From: an uncultured delta proteobacterium
GTDB lineage: Bacteria > Myxococcota_A > Polyangia > Fen-1088
Assembly: GCA_963767925.1 (NCBI GenBank)
Contig: CAVYGB010000010.1
Span: 256,001 to 320,000 of the forward strand
DNA length: 64,000 nucleotides
Direction: 5' to 3'
Shown here: one piece after another, positions 28,216 through 38,415 of the stretch
How positions within the stretch are numbered: position 1 is the stretch's first letter
Layout of the letters: each line of letters opens with the position of its first letter
Notes under the pieces: generated by a model
What the model was told of the DNA's origin: nothing
Databases searched by the model: none
Seen by the model: the letters and a program-made list of their open reading frames with translations, nothing else
Program-made: the position numbers and the translations under genes

Positions 28216-29829
28216 TTGGGAACGTCCGTCCATCTGGGCAGCTCGGGGGCGCTGATGGCTTCGACCGGCAGGGGGGCGCCCGTGAGGGACTTCAGGAAGG
28301 CGATGAGGTCGGCCTTTTCCCGCTCGGTCAGAAGGAGAGGTTTGATCTGGGACGAGCGGCTGCCCGGCGCGCTCGAAGATCCCCCCTGGTTGTAGTGTTC
28401 GATCACTTCTTCCAGCGTGGCCAGGGCTCCGTTGTGCATGTAAGGCGCGGTCAGGGTCACGTTGCGCAGCGAGGGCGTCCGCCAGGCTCCCTTGGAGACC
28501 GTCTCCATCGCCATGTCGTGCCAGTACTTGCGGGAGGTGTCGCTGCGATCGTCGCTGTAGACCGAGTCCTTCCGCCAGCGGTTCGACTTGAGCTTGTACA
28601 GGCCATCGGCCGCGCCCCAGGGCAGGCAGTTGTTTCCCGCGTGGTCGGCCGAGACCGTCACGCAGTCGCACACCCCGCCCGCCGGGCAGTCGGCCTCGGT
28701 GGGAACGCCGGGGCCCACCTGGGGCACCCCGACGTTGTGGAACTTGCTGTCCGAGAGCAGGGCCGTGTTGTGGCACTCGTTGCAGGCGGCCTTGCCGATG
28801 AACAGGCGGGCCCCCCGCTCGGCGGCGTCGGAGAAGCCGCTGAGGTCGCGGGGCGTCCCCTCGCGGATCGAGCTGACGTAGCGATCGAAGGGGGCGTTGC
28901 GGCTCACGAGGGTGAACTCGTACGCTGCCACCGCCTTGGCCACGTTGACCATGACCCAGGTGACGGCGCTCTGGTCGTTGCCGTCCATGCAGTCGAAGGC
29001 GTCGCCCCAGGGCTCGCTGGTGGTGCCCGGCTGGCAGCCCGCCTTGCTGCCGGGCTTGCCCTCCAGGGGGAAGCGGGGAAAACAGCCGGGTGCCCCGGTC
29101 TCGCTGTCGGCCACCGCCCGGCACTCGGCGGGGCAGCCGGGGTTGAGCCGGCACTGCCCGGCCCGGGCGCCGCTGGTCTCGATGAGCGCCTCGACCTGGG
29201 CGCGGCTGGTGGTCATCGGCAGGGGGTGGTCGGTGAAGAGGGCGGCGTGTTCCTCGCGGTACAGCTCGGCGACCGTCCAGGCCGTGCGCAGGCGGTTGCC
29301 GTTCATGTTGCTCCCCTCGAGCGAGTTCATCACCTGCGCCCAGAGGGAGTCGGCTCGCCCGTTCCAGTAGGCGATGCCGTAGAAGGCGGAGTTGTGCGAT
29401 CGGCAGGGCGTTCGTGTCGGCCCAGGCCGCGCCGATCGAGACGTTACCGGGCAGCGACTCGGTGTCGGCCCCGGCCCGGCCGAGGTTGTGGCAGCTCGCG
29501 CACGACAGGTCGGTGGGCAGGCCCCGGCCCGCGCGGGCGTAGCCCACCGGCCGGCGCAGCACGTCCACCAGGGTGGAGGGGCCGGACATGCGGGTGTCGA
29601 AGAAGAGCTGCTGGCCGAGGGTCTCGGCCACCTTGTTGCCGACGTACTTGTTGGAGCGATCGGGGGCCGGCTTCTCGGGCAAGTTGGCCAGGAGCGACAG
29701 CGCGCCGACCTCCTCGGCCGTCCAGCCGCAGCCCGCGGTCCGCTCGCAGAACCACGAGTCCGCGGCCTGATCGCAGGCCGAGCTCAGGAGCGCACCCGTC
29801 AGCATCGAAACCAGCCATCCTCGCCGCAT
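28203..29829 (-). CDS. Di-heme cytochrome c peroxidase / MauG-family lipoprotein, frameshifted near 29395
   Basis: LSSAC lipobox, LGQQLFFDTRMS, CASCH, then after a 1-nt shift NSAFYGIAYWNGRADSLWAQ, GARLFIGKAACNECH, RTPSLRNVTLTAPYMHNG. Confidence 0.9.
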
Positions 29830-30059
29830 GAGACCTCGCCGATTCTTTGGCCGGTGGGTAGGTGACGATGGGCAGTGCCTCCCTCCGACACGGTTTCTTA
29901 TCGGCGCGCCCCTCGATATCTGAAGCTCCAGGCCAGACCGGAGTCCGCCGCCTTGCGCCCAGCAAGCACAGCGGTTTTCGCGCGAGGGTGTGTGGCCGGC
30001 GCCCACCGGACAGCGGGACCTGTCTCACCTCGGGTCCCCGCTGTGTATAGTGCACGACC

Positions 30060-30911
30060 ATGTACACGGTGCGGGAAGTGGCAACCGTGCTCGGCGTTCG
30101 ACCGAGCCGACTGCGGGCTTACCTGCGCTCGGGCCTCGTCGCTCCCCGCCGGGGAGAACGGGGTGAGCTGCGCTTCTCCTTCCATGATCTGGTGCTGTTG
30201 CGCCGGGCGGAGGGGCTGGTCGAGAACCGCATCCCGCCCCGCCGGGTGCACGACGCCTTGAGGCGACTGCGCGAGAGCCTGGGCGAACATGCCCCCTTGC
30301 TGCACGTGCAGCTCTCGGCCGAGGGGCGTTCGGTCGTCGTGTCGGACGGCCAGCAGCGCTGGGAGCCGGCCTCCGGACAGGTGGTGTTCGACTTCCAGCT
30401 CGCGCGCGCCGACACCGGGGCGCTGCACGAGCTGCCCCGCAAGGCCAGCCCGGCCGCCGGAGCCGATCCGGGCGAGCCTGCCGCGCGCGCCTTCACCGCC
30501 GACGAGCACTACGAACGGGGCTACGCGGCAGAGGAGGCGGCGGACGCCAAGACGGCGATGGCGGAATACCGCCGGGCCATCGCCCTCGAGCCCCGCCTCT
30601 CGGATGCCCAGGTCAACCTGGGTCGGCTGCTACACGAGTCCGGGCAGCCGAACGAGGCGCTGGCCCACTACCGGGCGGCGCTCGCGGTGCGCCGAGACGA
30701 CCCCATCGCCGCCTTCAACCTCGGCGTGGCCCTCGAGGACCTCGGCCGCCGGACCGACGCCATCGAGGCCTACTGCCGGGCCATCGCCATCTCGCCGGAG
30801 AGCGCGGACGCCCACTACAACGTCGCGCGTTTGTACGAGCAGGGTGGCGAATCGGAGTCTGCAATCCGCCACCTGCTCATCTATAGAAAGCTCACCCGCA
30901 AGCGGAAGTGA
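30060..30911 (+). CDS. MerR-type HTH + TPR protein
   Basis: MYTVREVATVLGV...FSFHDLVLLR helix-turn-helix; C-terminal TPRs (AQVNLGRLL, AAFNLGVAL, AHYNVARLY). Confidence 0.88.
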   Translation: MYTVREVATVLGVRPSRLRAYLRSGLVAPRRGERGELRFSFHDLVLLRRAEGLVENRIPPRRVHDALRRLRESLGEHAPLLHVQLSAEGRSVVVSDGQQRWEPASGQVVFDFQLARADTGALHELPRKASPAAGADPGEPAARAFTADEHYERGYAAEEAADAKTAMAEYRRAIALEPRLSDAQVNLGRLLHESGQPNEALAHYRAALAVRRDDPIAAFNLGVALEDLGRRTDAIEAYCRAIAISPESADAHYNVARLYEQGGESESAIRHLLIYRKLTRKRK

Positions 30912-30914
30912 GCC

Positions 30915-31337
30915 TCAGGCCAGCTTGGCCTCCAGGGTGATGGTCGTGTTGAGGAGGCGGGAGATGGGGCAGCCCCGCTTGGCGGCCTCGGCGGCCTTGA
31001 CGAAGTCCTCGCTGCTGGCGCCGGGGACGGTGCCGGTCACCTCGAGGTGGATGCGGGTGGTGGTAAAGCCGATGTCGAGCTTCTCCATGGTCAAGGCGGC
31101 CTTGGTCTCGATGCTGGCTGGCTTGAAGTTGCCCTTGCCGAGCTCGGCCGAGAGGGCCATCGAGTAACAGGCGGCGTGGGCGGCGGCGACGAGCTCTTCC
31201 GGGTTGGTGCCGGCGTCGTTCTCGAAGCGCTGGGCGAAGTTGTAGGCCACGGTCTTGAGGACGGCGGACTCGGTGGACACGGTCCCCTGACCGTCCTTGA
31301 GGCCACCTTTCCAGATGGCGCTGGCTTTGCGGACCAT
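30915..31337 (-). CDS. osmC: OsmC family peroxiredoxin
   Basis: RKASAIWKGGLKDGQG, GTNPEELVAAAHAACYSMAL, AKRGCPISR. Confidence 0.95.
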   Translation of the reverse strand: MVRKASAIWKGGLKDGQGTVSTESAVLKTVAYNFAQRFENDAGTNPEELVAAAHAACYSMALSAELGKGNFKPASIETKAALTMEKLDIGFTTTRIHLEVTGTVPGASSEDFVKAAEAAKRGCPISRLLNTTITLEAKLA

Positions 31338-31397
31338 GATCTTTTCTCCTTGTGGTGATGCAGTCGTGAACGTTAAAGGCAGGGCACAATAACACGC

Positions 31398-31877
31398 GTG
31401 CAAGGACCACGAACGCTCCGGCTGGCGAGCCCATCAGCCGAGGAGACGCAGCAGCTCGGCGAGCGGCTGGGGCGCGCGCTGAGCGCGGGCGACGTGGTGG
31501 CGCTCGTCGGCCCGCTCGGCAGCGGCAAGACGACCTTCGCCCAGGGGCTGGCCCGCGGGCTGGAGGTCTCCCCCGATCGCCACGTCGCCAGCCCCACCTT
31601 CGCCCTCGTCAATGAGCACCCGGGGCGGGTTCCCTTCGTGCACGCCGACTTTTACCGGATCGACCACCCCCGTGAGCTGGGGGAGCTGGGGCTCGATGAC
31701 GCCTACGACCGGGGGGCCTGCGCGCTCGAGTGGGCCGACCGGTTCCCCGGGGTGCTCCCGGATGACGCGTTGCACATCACGTTTTCTGTCGACGCTGCCG
31801 GCGCGCGGCACCTGTCCTGCGAGGCCGGAGGTCCGCGATCTTCCAGGCTGCTCGCGGCCCTGGCACCCGGCGTCTGA
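31398..31877 (+). CDS. tsaE: tRNA threonylcarbamoyladenosine biosynthesis ATPase TsaE
   Basis: GPLGSGKTTF, VASPTFALVNE, HADFYRI, LEWADR. Confidence 0.95.
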   Translation: MQGPRTLRLASPSAEETQQLGERLGRALSAGDVVALVGPLGSGKTTFAQGLARGLEVSPDRHVASPTFALVNEHPGRVPFVHADFYRIDHPRELGELGLDDAYDRGACALEWADRFPGVLPDDALHITFSVDAAGARHLSCEAGGPRSSRLLAALAPGV

Positions 31878-31975
31878 CGCCCACTTGACGCGACCCGTCC
31901 AGCGAGACGGGCTTTGCCGCGGCTCCTCCGGGATAATTTAGTAACCTTCTTCCCCCGGTAAGCCCAACCCCACCC

Positions 31976-32764
31976 ATGAGATACGAGCAGTACGCAGACA
32001 TCTTCCTGACCCACGGCCGCGTGAGCCGCGTGTACCCCTTCGCCTACATCTCGGAAGGGGACGAGCGGTACCCCCTGCTCACCGCCACCTCCCCGGGCCG
32101 GCGAACCTTGCTGATCACGGCCGGCTTTCACGGGGACGAGGTGGCCGGGCCTCTGACCTTGCTCGAGCACTTCGCCGAGATCGAGGCCTACGCCCGCGAG
32201 CGGGAGGTCGGCCTCCGGATCTACCCCTGCCTCAACCCGTCGGGCTTCGAGGACGGCACCCGCTACAACCGGAGCAAGGAAGCCCCCAACAACGACTTCC
32301 TCCGCTACGAGCTGACGCCGGGAGTCTGGGCCGGCGAGCTCGGTCCCGGGCAGACCTTCATCAGTCACCGGGTGTTCACCGAAGGGCCCAAGGAGACGCG
32401 GGCCCTGTCGGCGGAGCTCGAGACCTTGCCCACGCCCGACGCGGCCCTCGACATACACCAGGATCCCTACCTGCCGGACGCGTTGAGCTACGCCTACAGC
32501 TTCGGGGACAACGCCCCCTACCGGCCGCTGCTCGCGGCGACCGATCGGGTGCTCCCGGTCGCCACCAGCTCGCTGGTCGACGACGACGTGGAGACCGACG
32601 CGGAGGGGCTGGTCAAGCTCCACGACGGCAGCGTGACCGACTACTTCCACCGGCGCGGCGTCCCCTGGACGGTGGCGCTCGAGACCACCACCGCCTCGCC
32701 CATGGAGGCCTGCCACGCCGTCAACCTGGTCTGGATCAAGGGCTTCATCGACCTGCTGAGCTGA
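31976..32764 (+). CDS. M14-type zinc carboxypeptidase / succinylglutamate desuccinylase-like hydrolase
   Basis: AGFHGDE zinc motif, PCLNPSGF..GTRYN, LDIHQD, ALETT. Confidence 0.82.
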   Translation: MRYEQYADIFLTHGRVSRVYPFAYISEGDERYPLLTATSPGRRTLLITAGFHGDEVAGPLTLLEHFAEIEAYAREREVGLRIYPCLNPSGFEDGTRYNRSKEAPNNDFLRYELTPGVWAGELGPGQTFISHRVFTEGPKETRALSAELETLPTPDAALDIHQDPYLPDALSYAYSFGDNAPYRPLLAATDRVLPVATSSLVDDDVETDAEGLVKLHDGSVTDYFHRRGVPWTVALETTTASPMEACHAVNLVWIKGFIDLLS

Positions 32765-32770
32765 GGGCGG

Positions 32771-35233
32771 TCACTCGGGCTGGAAGCGGGCCGCGCCCCG
32801 GGCGCGGTCGGCTTCCAGGTCGAGGACGAAGCGGCCCGCGGTGGGGCCCTCCGGCTGCGGCCAGGTGAGCTTGCGGGTCTTGCCGCGCGCCACCAGCTCG
32901 CGGAGCTGGGCGTCGGTCAGGCGCTTGCCAGCGGCCTCGAACCAGATCACGAAGCCGCAGCCGTCGCGCCAGCGGGTGCAGCCCCAGCCGCGCCGGCCGG
33001 CGAGGACCCGCCCCTCCTTGCAGCGCGGGCAGCCGAGGTCGTCGGCGGCAGGGGGCGGGGTTGTCGCTCCCGGCGCGGCCGGCGCCTTGCGCGGGCGCGC
33101 GCGCGGCGGGGACGGCGTGGCCGCCGGAGGAGCCGAGGACCGAGCGCTCCGGATCGCGGCCGGGGGCGAGGGCGACGAGCGGGGCGCCGGGCGCGAGGGC
33201 GGGCGGCGGTTGCCGGCGGGAGCGGCGGCCATGGCCGGGATGGCGGGCGTGGCGCGGATGGCGTCGACGATCTCGGCGACGTAGCGGGCGATGTCGCGCA
33301 TGAAGGCGTCGCGCCGGTCACCGCCGCGGGCGATGCGGGCCAGCCGCGCCTCCCAGCTCCCGGTCAGCTCGGCCGAGGCCAGGCTGGGCACCGGGAGCGC
33401 GTCGAGCAGGGCCATCCCGGTGGGCGTCGGGTGCAAGGTCTTGCCCTCGCGCCGGACGAAGGCCCGCTTGATGAGCGTCTCGATGGTGGCGGCGCGGGTG
33501 GCGGGGGTGCCGAGGCCGGTGTCTTTCATCGCCCGGCGCAGCTCCTCGTCCTCGATGCCGCGGCCGGCGGTCTCCATCGCCGACAGCAGGGTGGCCTCGC
33601 TGTAGCGAGGCGGCGGGCGGGTCTGCCCGGGCGCGCGGACGAAGGCCCCCTCGAGCCGCTGCCCCTCGGTCAGCGGGGGCAGGGCCGCCTCCCGGGGCGC
33701 CCGGTCACCCGCCTCCTCGGGCGGGCCGAACCCCGCCACCTCCTGCCAGCCCGCCGCCAGCCGCACCCGGCCCCGCGCCCGGAACCGGTCGGGCGGCGGC
33801 GGCAGCTTCTCGATGAGCGGCTCGTCGTCGGCGGCGTCGCCCTTCTCGAGCTTCCGCTCGGCGCCGGTGGGCGTCGCGGGGGCCGGCCCCTCGGGCGCCT
33901 TGTCGACCATCCCCTCCCCCTCCCCCGCCCGCCCCTCTCCCACCCGCACCATCGCCTCGGCGGAGGCGAACTCGGCGTCGGGGAAGAAGGCGCCCAGGAA
34001 GCGGCGGGCCACCAGGTCGAAGACGTTGCGCTCATCGCGGCCCAGCGCCGGCAGATCGACCCCCTTGCCGGTGGGGATGATGGCGTGGTGGTCCTCGACC
34101 TTGCTGTCGTCGAAGATGCGCCGGTTGCCGACCCCCGGCGGCTCGGGGGCCTGCAGCAGGCGGCTGGCGAAGGGGGCGTAGTCGGGCACGGCCGCCAGGG
34201 TCTGGAACAGCCGGGGCATGGTGGGCGCCAGGTCGCGGGTCAGGTACCGCGAATCGGTGCGCGGGTAGGTGAGGATCTTGTGGGTCTCGTACAGCGCCTG
34301 GGCGATCTCCAGGGTCCGGGAGGCCGACAGCCCGAAGCGGCGGTTGGCCGTCCGCTGCAACGAGGTCAGGTCGAACAGCAGCGGCGGCGGCTCGCGCAGG
34401 GTCTTCTGCTGCATGCGCTCGACCACCGGACCGGCCGGGTCGTCGCGGCCGGCGTGGCGGCCCAGCCGCTCCAGCAGCGCCTCGGCCTCGGCGGCGTCCG
34501 CGAGGCGGGTGCGGCGCGCGTGGGTGAAGGTCGCCTCGAAGCGTTCGCCCCCGGCGGTGGTGAAGGTGCCGCGCACCTCCCAGTAGTCCCGGGGGATGAA
34601 GCGCGCGATGGCCCTCTCTCGCCTGACCAGCAGGGCCAGGGTCGGCGTCTGCACCCGGCCGATGGAATAGAGGGGCGAATCGGGCCCGCTGCGGTGACGG
34701 ACGGTGACCGCCCGGGTGGCGTTCAGCCCCACCAGCCAGTCGGCCTCGGAGCGGCAGCGGGCGGCGTCACCGAGGGCGTCGTACTCCGCGCCCGCCCGGA
34801 GCTGGGCGAAGCCCCGGCGCACCGCCTCGTCGGTGAGCGAGGAGATCCAGAGGCGCCGCACCGGCAGGCGGCTGCCGCACAGGTCGTAGACGTAACGGAA
34901 GATGAGCTCGCCCTCCCGGCCGGCGTCGCAGGCGTTGACCACCTCCGTGAAGCGGCGGTCGCGCAGCAGGACCTTCAAGGCGGCGAGCTGGTCGCGGCCG
35001 CTCGCGACCGGGCGCAGCTTGAAGCGGGCGGGCAACATGGGGAGGGTGTCGAGGCGCCAGGCCTTCCAGCGCGGGTCGTAGGCCGCCGGCTCGTCCAGCT
35101 CGACGAGGTGGCCGACGCACCAGCTGATGACCCGCTCTTGCCCCTCGAAGGCCCCCCGCCCGGTCGGGCGCACGCCCAGCACGCGCGCGAGATCGCGCGC
35201 CACGGAGGGCTTCTCGGCCACGATGAGCTGCAT
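32771..35233 (-). CDS. topB: DNA topoisomerase III
   Basis: IVAEKPSVA, NACDAGREGELIF, SIGRVQTPTL, LTYPRTDS (catalytic Tyr), GLGTPATRA, C-terminal zinc ribbon. Confidence 0.95.
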   Translation of the reverse strand: MQLIVAEKPSVARDLARVLGVRPTGRGAFEGQERVISWCVGHLVELDEPAAYDPRWKAWRLDTLPMLPARFKLRPVASGRDQLAALKVLLRDRRFTEVVNACDAGREGELIFRYVYDLCGSRLPVRRLWISSLTDEAVRRGFAQLRAGAEYDALGDAARCRSEADWLVGLNATRAVTVRHRSGPDSPLYSIGRVQTPTLALLVRRERAIARFIPRDYWEVRGTFTTAGGERFEATFTHARRTRLADAAEAEALLERLGRHAGRDDPAGPVVERMQQKTLREPPPLLFDLTSLQRTANRRFGLSASRTLEIAQALYETHKILTYPRTDSRYLTRDLAPTMPRLFQTLAAVPDYAPFASRLLQAPEPPGVGNRRIFDDSKVEDHHAIIPTGKGVDLPALGRDERNVFDLVARRFLGAFFPDAEFASAEAMVRVGEGRAGEGEGMVDKAPEGPAPATPTGAERKLEKGDAADDEPLIEKLPPPPDRFRARGRVRLAAGWQEVAGFGPPEEAGDRAPREAALPPLTEGQRLEGAFVRAPGQTRPPPRYSEATLLSAMETAGRGIEDEELRRAMKDTGLGTPATRAATIETLIKRAFVRREGKTLHPTPTGMALLDALPVPSLASAELTGSWEARLARIARGGDRRDAFMRDIARYVAEIVDAIRATPAIPAMAAAPAGNRRPPSRPAPRSSPSPPAAIRSARSSAPPAATPSPPRARPRKAPAAPGATTPPPAADDLGCPRCKEGRVLAGRRGWGCTRWRDGCGFVIWFEAAGKRLTDAQLRELVARGKTRKLTWPQPEGPTAGRFVLDLEADRARGAARFQPE

Positions 35234-35313
35234 GGGACGGCGGGGGCCAGTCTAGAACGACGCGAGCGGCCCGGGCCCTTCCTTATCGCCGCCTGGGCGC
35301 CGCCGGTTTCGCG

Positions 35314-37467
35314 TCAGTGCAGCAGGCCCACGCTGGGGACCACCAGGGCCACGGTGACGGGGGCGCTGCGCAGGAGGCGCTCGTTGTCCGCCCCGAAGTA
35401 GAGCCGGTTCTGGATGGCCCGGTTCTCGGCGCCGATCACCACCAGGTCGTAGGCCCCCGAGGCGGCCTCGTTGGCCAGGGCCCCCTCGTAGAGGTCGGCG
35501 CTGAGCTGCAGGAGCCGGGGACGGCGCTCGACCGTCGAGAGGATGGGGGTGATCCGGCGCAAGGCCTCGTCGTCGATGCCGCTCGAGGACTCCTCGGTGT
35601 CGCCGGCCGCGCCCCCCGGCAGGGCGCCGAGCACCGCCACCGTGAGGGCGGCCTGGGCGACGTCGGCGTAGCGGACGGCGAACTCCACCGCCACCCGGGA
35701 GAACACCCCCCCGTCGAAGCAGGCCAGGATGCGCTGGTACTTCTGCTCCTCGCCCCGGGTCTTGACGATGCAGACGTGGCAAGGCGCCTGGCGGACCACG
35801 TCCTCCAGCACCGCGCCCCCCAGCCAGCGTCCGTGGCTGGAGGCGCCGAGGACGATGAGGTCGAACCCCTTGCGGGCCTCCTGCACGATGGCCACCGCGA
35901 CGTCGCTGTGGTTCACCTCCCGCACCGAGCTGCGCAGGCCGGCGGTCGAGATGGTCCGGTGCAGGGCGCTGGGACGGTCGGTGTCCTCCTGGCGGCGCGA
36001 GGGATCGAAGAGCCGCAAGACGCGATCGAGCAAGGAGGTCGGCGCCTTCACGCTGAGCACCTCGACCGGGTGGGCGCTGCGCTGGGAGATGCCCGCCGCC
36101 AGGAGGATGGCCCCCGTGACGTTGGGGCCCCCCAGGGTGGGGACCAGCACCCGCACCCTGGCCGGATCGAAGGCCCCCTTGGAGCTCTCGGCCAGCATGC
36201 GCTTCTGCTCGTCTTCGGTCATGCGCACCTTGCGCATGGTGAGCCGCAGGCCCACCGGCGCCATGAAGGTTGTCACGACCGCCACCATCACGATTATGGA
36301 GAACATCTGCTGGTTGAGGATGCCCATCGACAGACCGATGGTGGCCACCACCAGCTCCATCGCCCCCCGGGCGTTCATGGCCACCGCGATGGAGAGCCCC
36401 TCCCAGAAGCGCAGGCCCCCCCAGATGCTGCCGAGGGTGCAGCCGACCAGCTTGCCGAGGCAGGCGATGGTGAGCACCAGGGCCAGCACCTTGCCGCTCT
36501 CGATGCTGCCCAGGTTCACCTTGAGGCCCACGGTGGCGAAGAACACCGGGGCCAGGATGGCGAAGACGAACGACTCGAGCCGGCGAACGGTGTCGGTGCT
36601 CAGCTCGGGGACCTGGCGGAACAGGGTGCCGGCGATGAAGGCCCCGAAGATGGCGTGGATCCCGATCCACTCGGTGGCGGCGCCACACAGCAGGGTCACC
36701 ACGATGAGCACCACCAGGTCGCTGTCGGGGGTGCGGAAGCGGCGGGTGATGGCGATGAGGCGCCGGGAGGCCGGGTAGATGACGAAGCCGACCGCCGCCA
36801 CGAAGCCGGCGGTCAGCAGCAGGGTGAACAGGAGCTGGCCCAGGCGCACCTGCCCGTGGGAGGCCAGGCCGGCGATGACCGACAGCACGAGCCAGCCCGC
36901 GGTGTCGTCGACGACGCCGGCCGAGAGGATGACCACGCCGATGTTGCGCCGGGTGAGGTCGAGGTCGTGCAGGATCTTGGCGATCACCGGCATGGCCGAG
37001 ATGGCCATCGCGGTGGCGAGAAAGAGGCTGAACAGGATGCGCCGGTCGGGCTGGGCCAGGTAGGCGTCGGGCATGAACAGGCCCAGCCCGAACCCGGTGG
37101 CGAAGGGGAACAACATGCCCATCGTGGAGGCGATGAGCGCGGCCCGACCGAGGTTGCGCAGCAGGCGCAGGTCGGTCTCGATCCCGGTCAGCAGCAGCAG
37201 CAGGACCATGCCCAGGGTCCCCACCGCGTCGAGGAGGAGGAACTGACCGGGGTTGGGCGGGAAGAGTCGGGAGAAGACCTGGGGCGCGAAGGCGCCCAGC
37301 ACGCTGGGGCCCAGCACGATGCCGGCCGACAGCTCACCGAGGACGGTCGGCAGCGACATGCGGCGGCACAGCTCGGCGCCCATGCGGGCCACCAGCAGCA
37401 ACACCGCCATCTGCAGCAGCAGCAGGAAGATGGAGTGTCCTGCAGGTGGGACCAGGGCGGCGGCCAT
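35314..37467 (-). CDS. Cation:proton antiporter (CPA2) fused to universal-stress domains
   Basis: GELSAGIVLGPSVLG, ISAMPVIAKIL, VVDD, MNARGAMELVV; C-terminal USP motifs (DLIVLGA, VVRQAPCHV). Confidence 0.92.
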   Translation of the reverse strand: MAAALVPPAGHSIFLLLLQMAVLLLVARMGAELCRRMSLPTVLGELSAGIVLGPSVLGAFAPQVFSRLFPPNPGQFLLLDAVGTLGMVLLLLLTGIETDLRLLRNLGRAALIASTMGMLFPFATGFGLGLFMPDAYLAQPDRRILFSLFLATAMAISAMPVIAKILHDLDLTRRNIGVVILSAGVVDDTAGWLVLSVIAGLASHGQVRLGQLLFTLLLTAGFVAAVGFVIYPASRRLIAITRRFRTPDSDLVVLIVVTLLCGAATEWIGIHAIFGAFIAGTLFRQVPELSTDTVRRLESFVFAILAPVFFATVGLKVNLGSIESGKVLALVLTIACLGKLVGCTLGSIWGGLRFWEGLSIAVAMNARGAMELVVATIGLSMGILNQQMFSIIVMVAVVTTFMAPVGLRLTMRKVRMTEDEQKRMLAESSKGAFDPARVRVLVPTLGGPNVTGAILLAAGISQRSAHPVEVLSVKAPTSLLDRVLRLFDPSRRQEDTDRPSALHRTISTAGLRSSVREVNHSDVAVAIVQEARKGFDLIVLGASSHGRWLGGAVLEDVVRQAPCHVCIVKTRGEEQKYQRILACFDGGVFSRVAVEFAVRYADVAQAALTVAVLGALPGGAAGDTEESSSGIDDEALRRITPILSTVERRPRLLQLSADLYEGALANEAASGAYDLVVIGAENRAIQNRLYFGADNERLLRSAPVTVALVVPSVGLLH

Positions 37468-37606
37468 TTTGCGAACACGTTATCAGAGCCGGTGCGTCGC
37501 CGTCGCTGGCGCCGCGGTGGAGACCAGACCCGAGAGAGCAGGCGCGCTGTAGCGAGATCGGGGGGCAAGCGTGCACGGCGGGGCCGTGGTAGCCTTCGCA
37601 CCGCCT

Positions 37607-38344
37607 ATGTTCACTCTGATCCTTTCGTCGATCGTGGCGATCGCCCTCTTCACGGTCGGGGTGATCGCCTTCGACGTGATCTCCGGGCTGGCGCTGGGCC
37701 TGGTGCCCGCCGTCGCCCTCGCCGTGCTGCTGATGCGGCGCGGGCGCAAGCCGGTCGAGGCCGGCATGAAGGAGATCGAGGCGCACATGAAGAACCAGCG
37801 CTTCGAGAAGGCGATCGCCTCGCTCGAGGCGCTGCGCCCGCTGGCCCGCTGGCAGCCCGGCCTGGGCAGCTCGATCGACGCCCAGATCGGCATGGTCCGC
37901 TACGCCCACATGCGCGACTTCGAGGGCGCCCGCCCCAACCTCGAGCGGGCCCACCGCAAGATCTGGCAGGCCTCGGCCATGCTGGCGGCGGCTCACTTCA
38001 AGAAGGAGCGCTACGACGACATGCGGGCGGTGTTCGAGCGGGCGGTGTCCCGGAACAAGAAAGAGGCCATGCTCTGGCTGGTCTACGGCTACTGCGAGTG
38101 GAAGCGCGGCGCGCGCAACGAGGCCATCTCCGTCTTGACCCGGGCCCAGACCAGCTGCCCCGCAGACGAGCGGATCAAGAACCAGCTCGGCGCGCTCAAG
38201 AACGGCAAGAAGGTGAAGATGCCGCCCCACGACCCCGAGTGGCTGGCCCTGCACCTCGAGCGCACGATGCCGACCGGCGGGCAGGCCAAGCCGCGTTTCC
38301 TCCCTCCCGCCAAGCGGATCGGCGTCCGTTACACGCGCAGCTAG
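37607..38344 (+). CDS. Membrane protein with TPR-like helical domain
   Basis: Two N-terminal hydrophobic helices followed by TPR-like amphipathic helices; GC3-rich codon usage. Confidence 0.75.
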   Translation: MFTLILSSIVAIALFTVGVIAFDVISGLALGLVPAVALAVLLMRRGRKPVEAGMKEIEAHMKNQRFEKAIASLEALRPLARWQPGLGSSIDAQIGMVRYAHMRDFEGARPNLERAHRKIWQASAMLAAAHFKKERYDDMRAVFERAVSRNKKEAMLWLVYGYCEWKRGARNEAISVLTRAQTSCPADERIKNQLGALKNGKKVKMPPHDPEWLALHLERTMPTGGQAKPRFLPPAKRIGVRYTRS

Positions 38345-38415
38345 TCCCCTGGAACAGTGAAGTCTCGCATATGTCGGCGAGGCTCTGTTCCAGAGGCCAG
38401 AGCCGCGACGACGGC

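Noticed and set aside
26704..30006. Apparent 1100-aa peroxidase-porin fusion
   Set aside because: Produced by the frameshift near 29395. The middle is off-frame nonsense and the porin has its own signal peptide.
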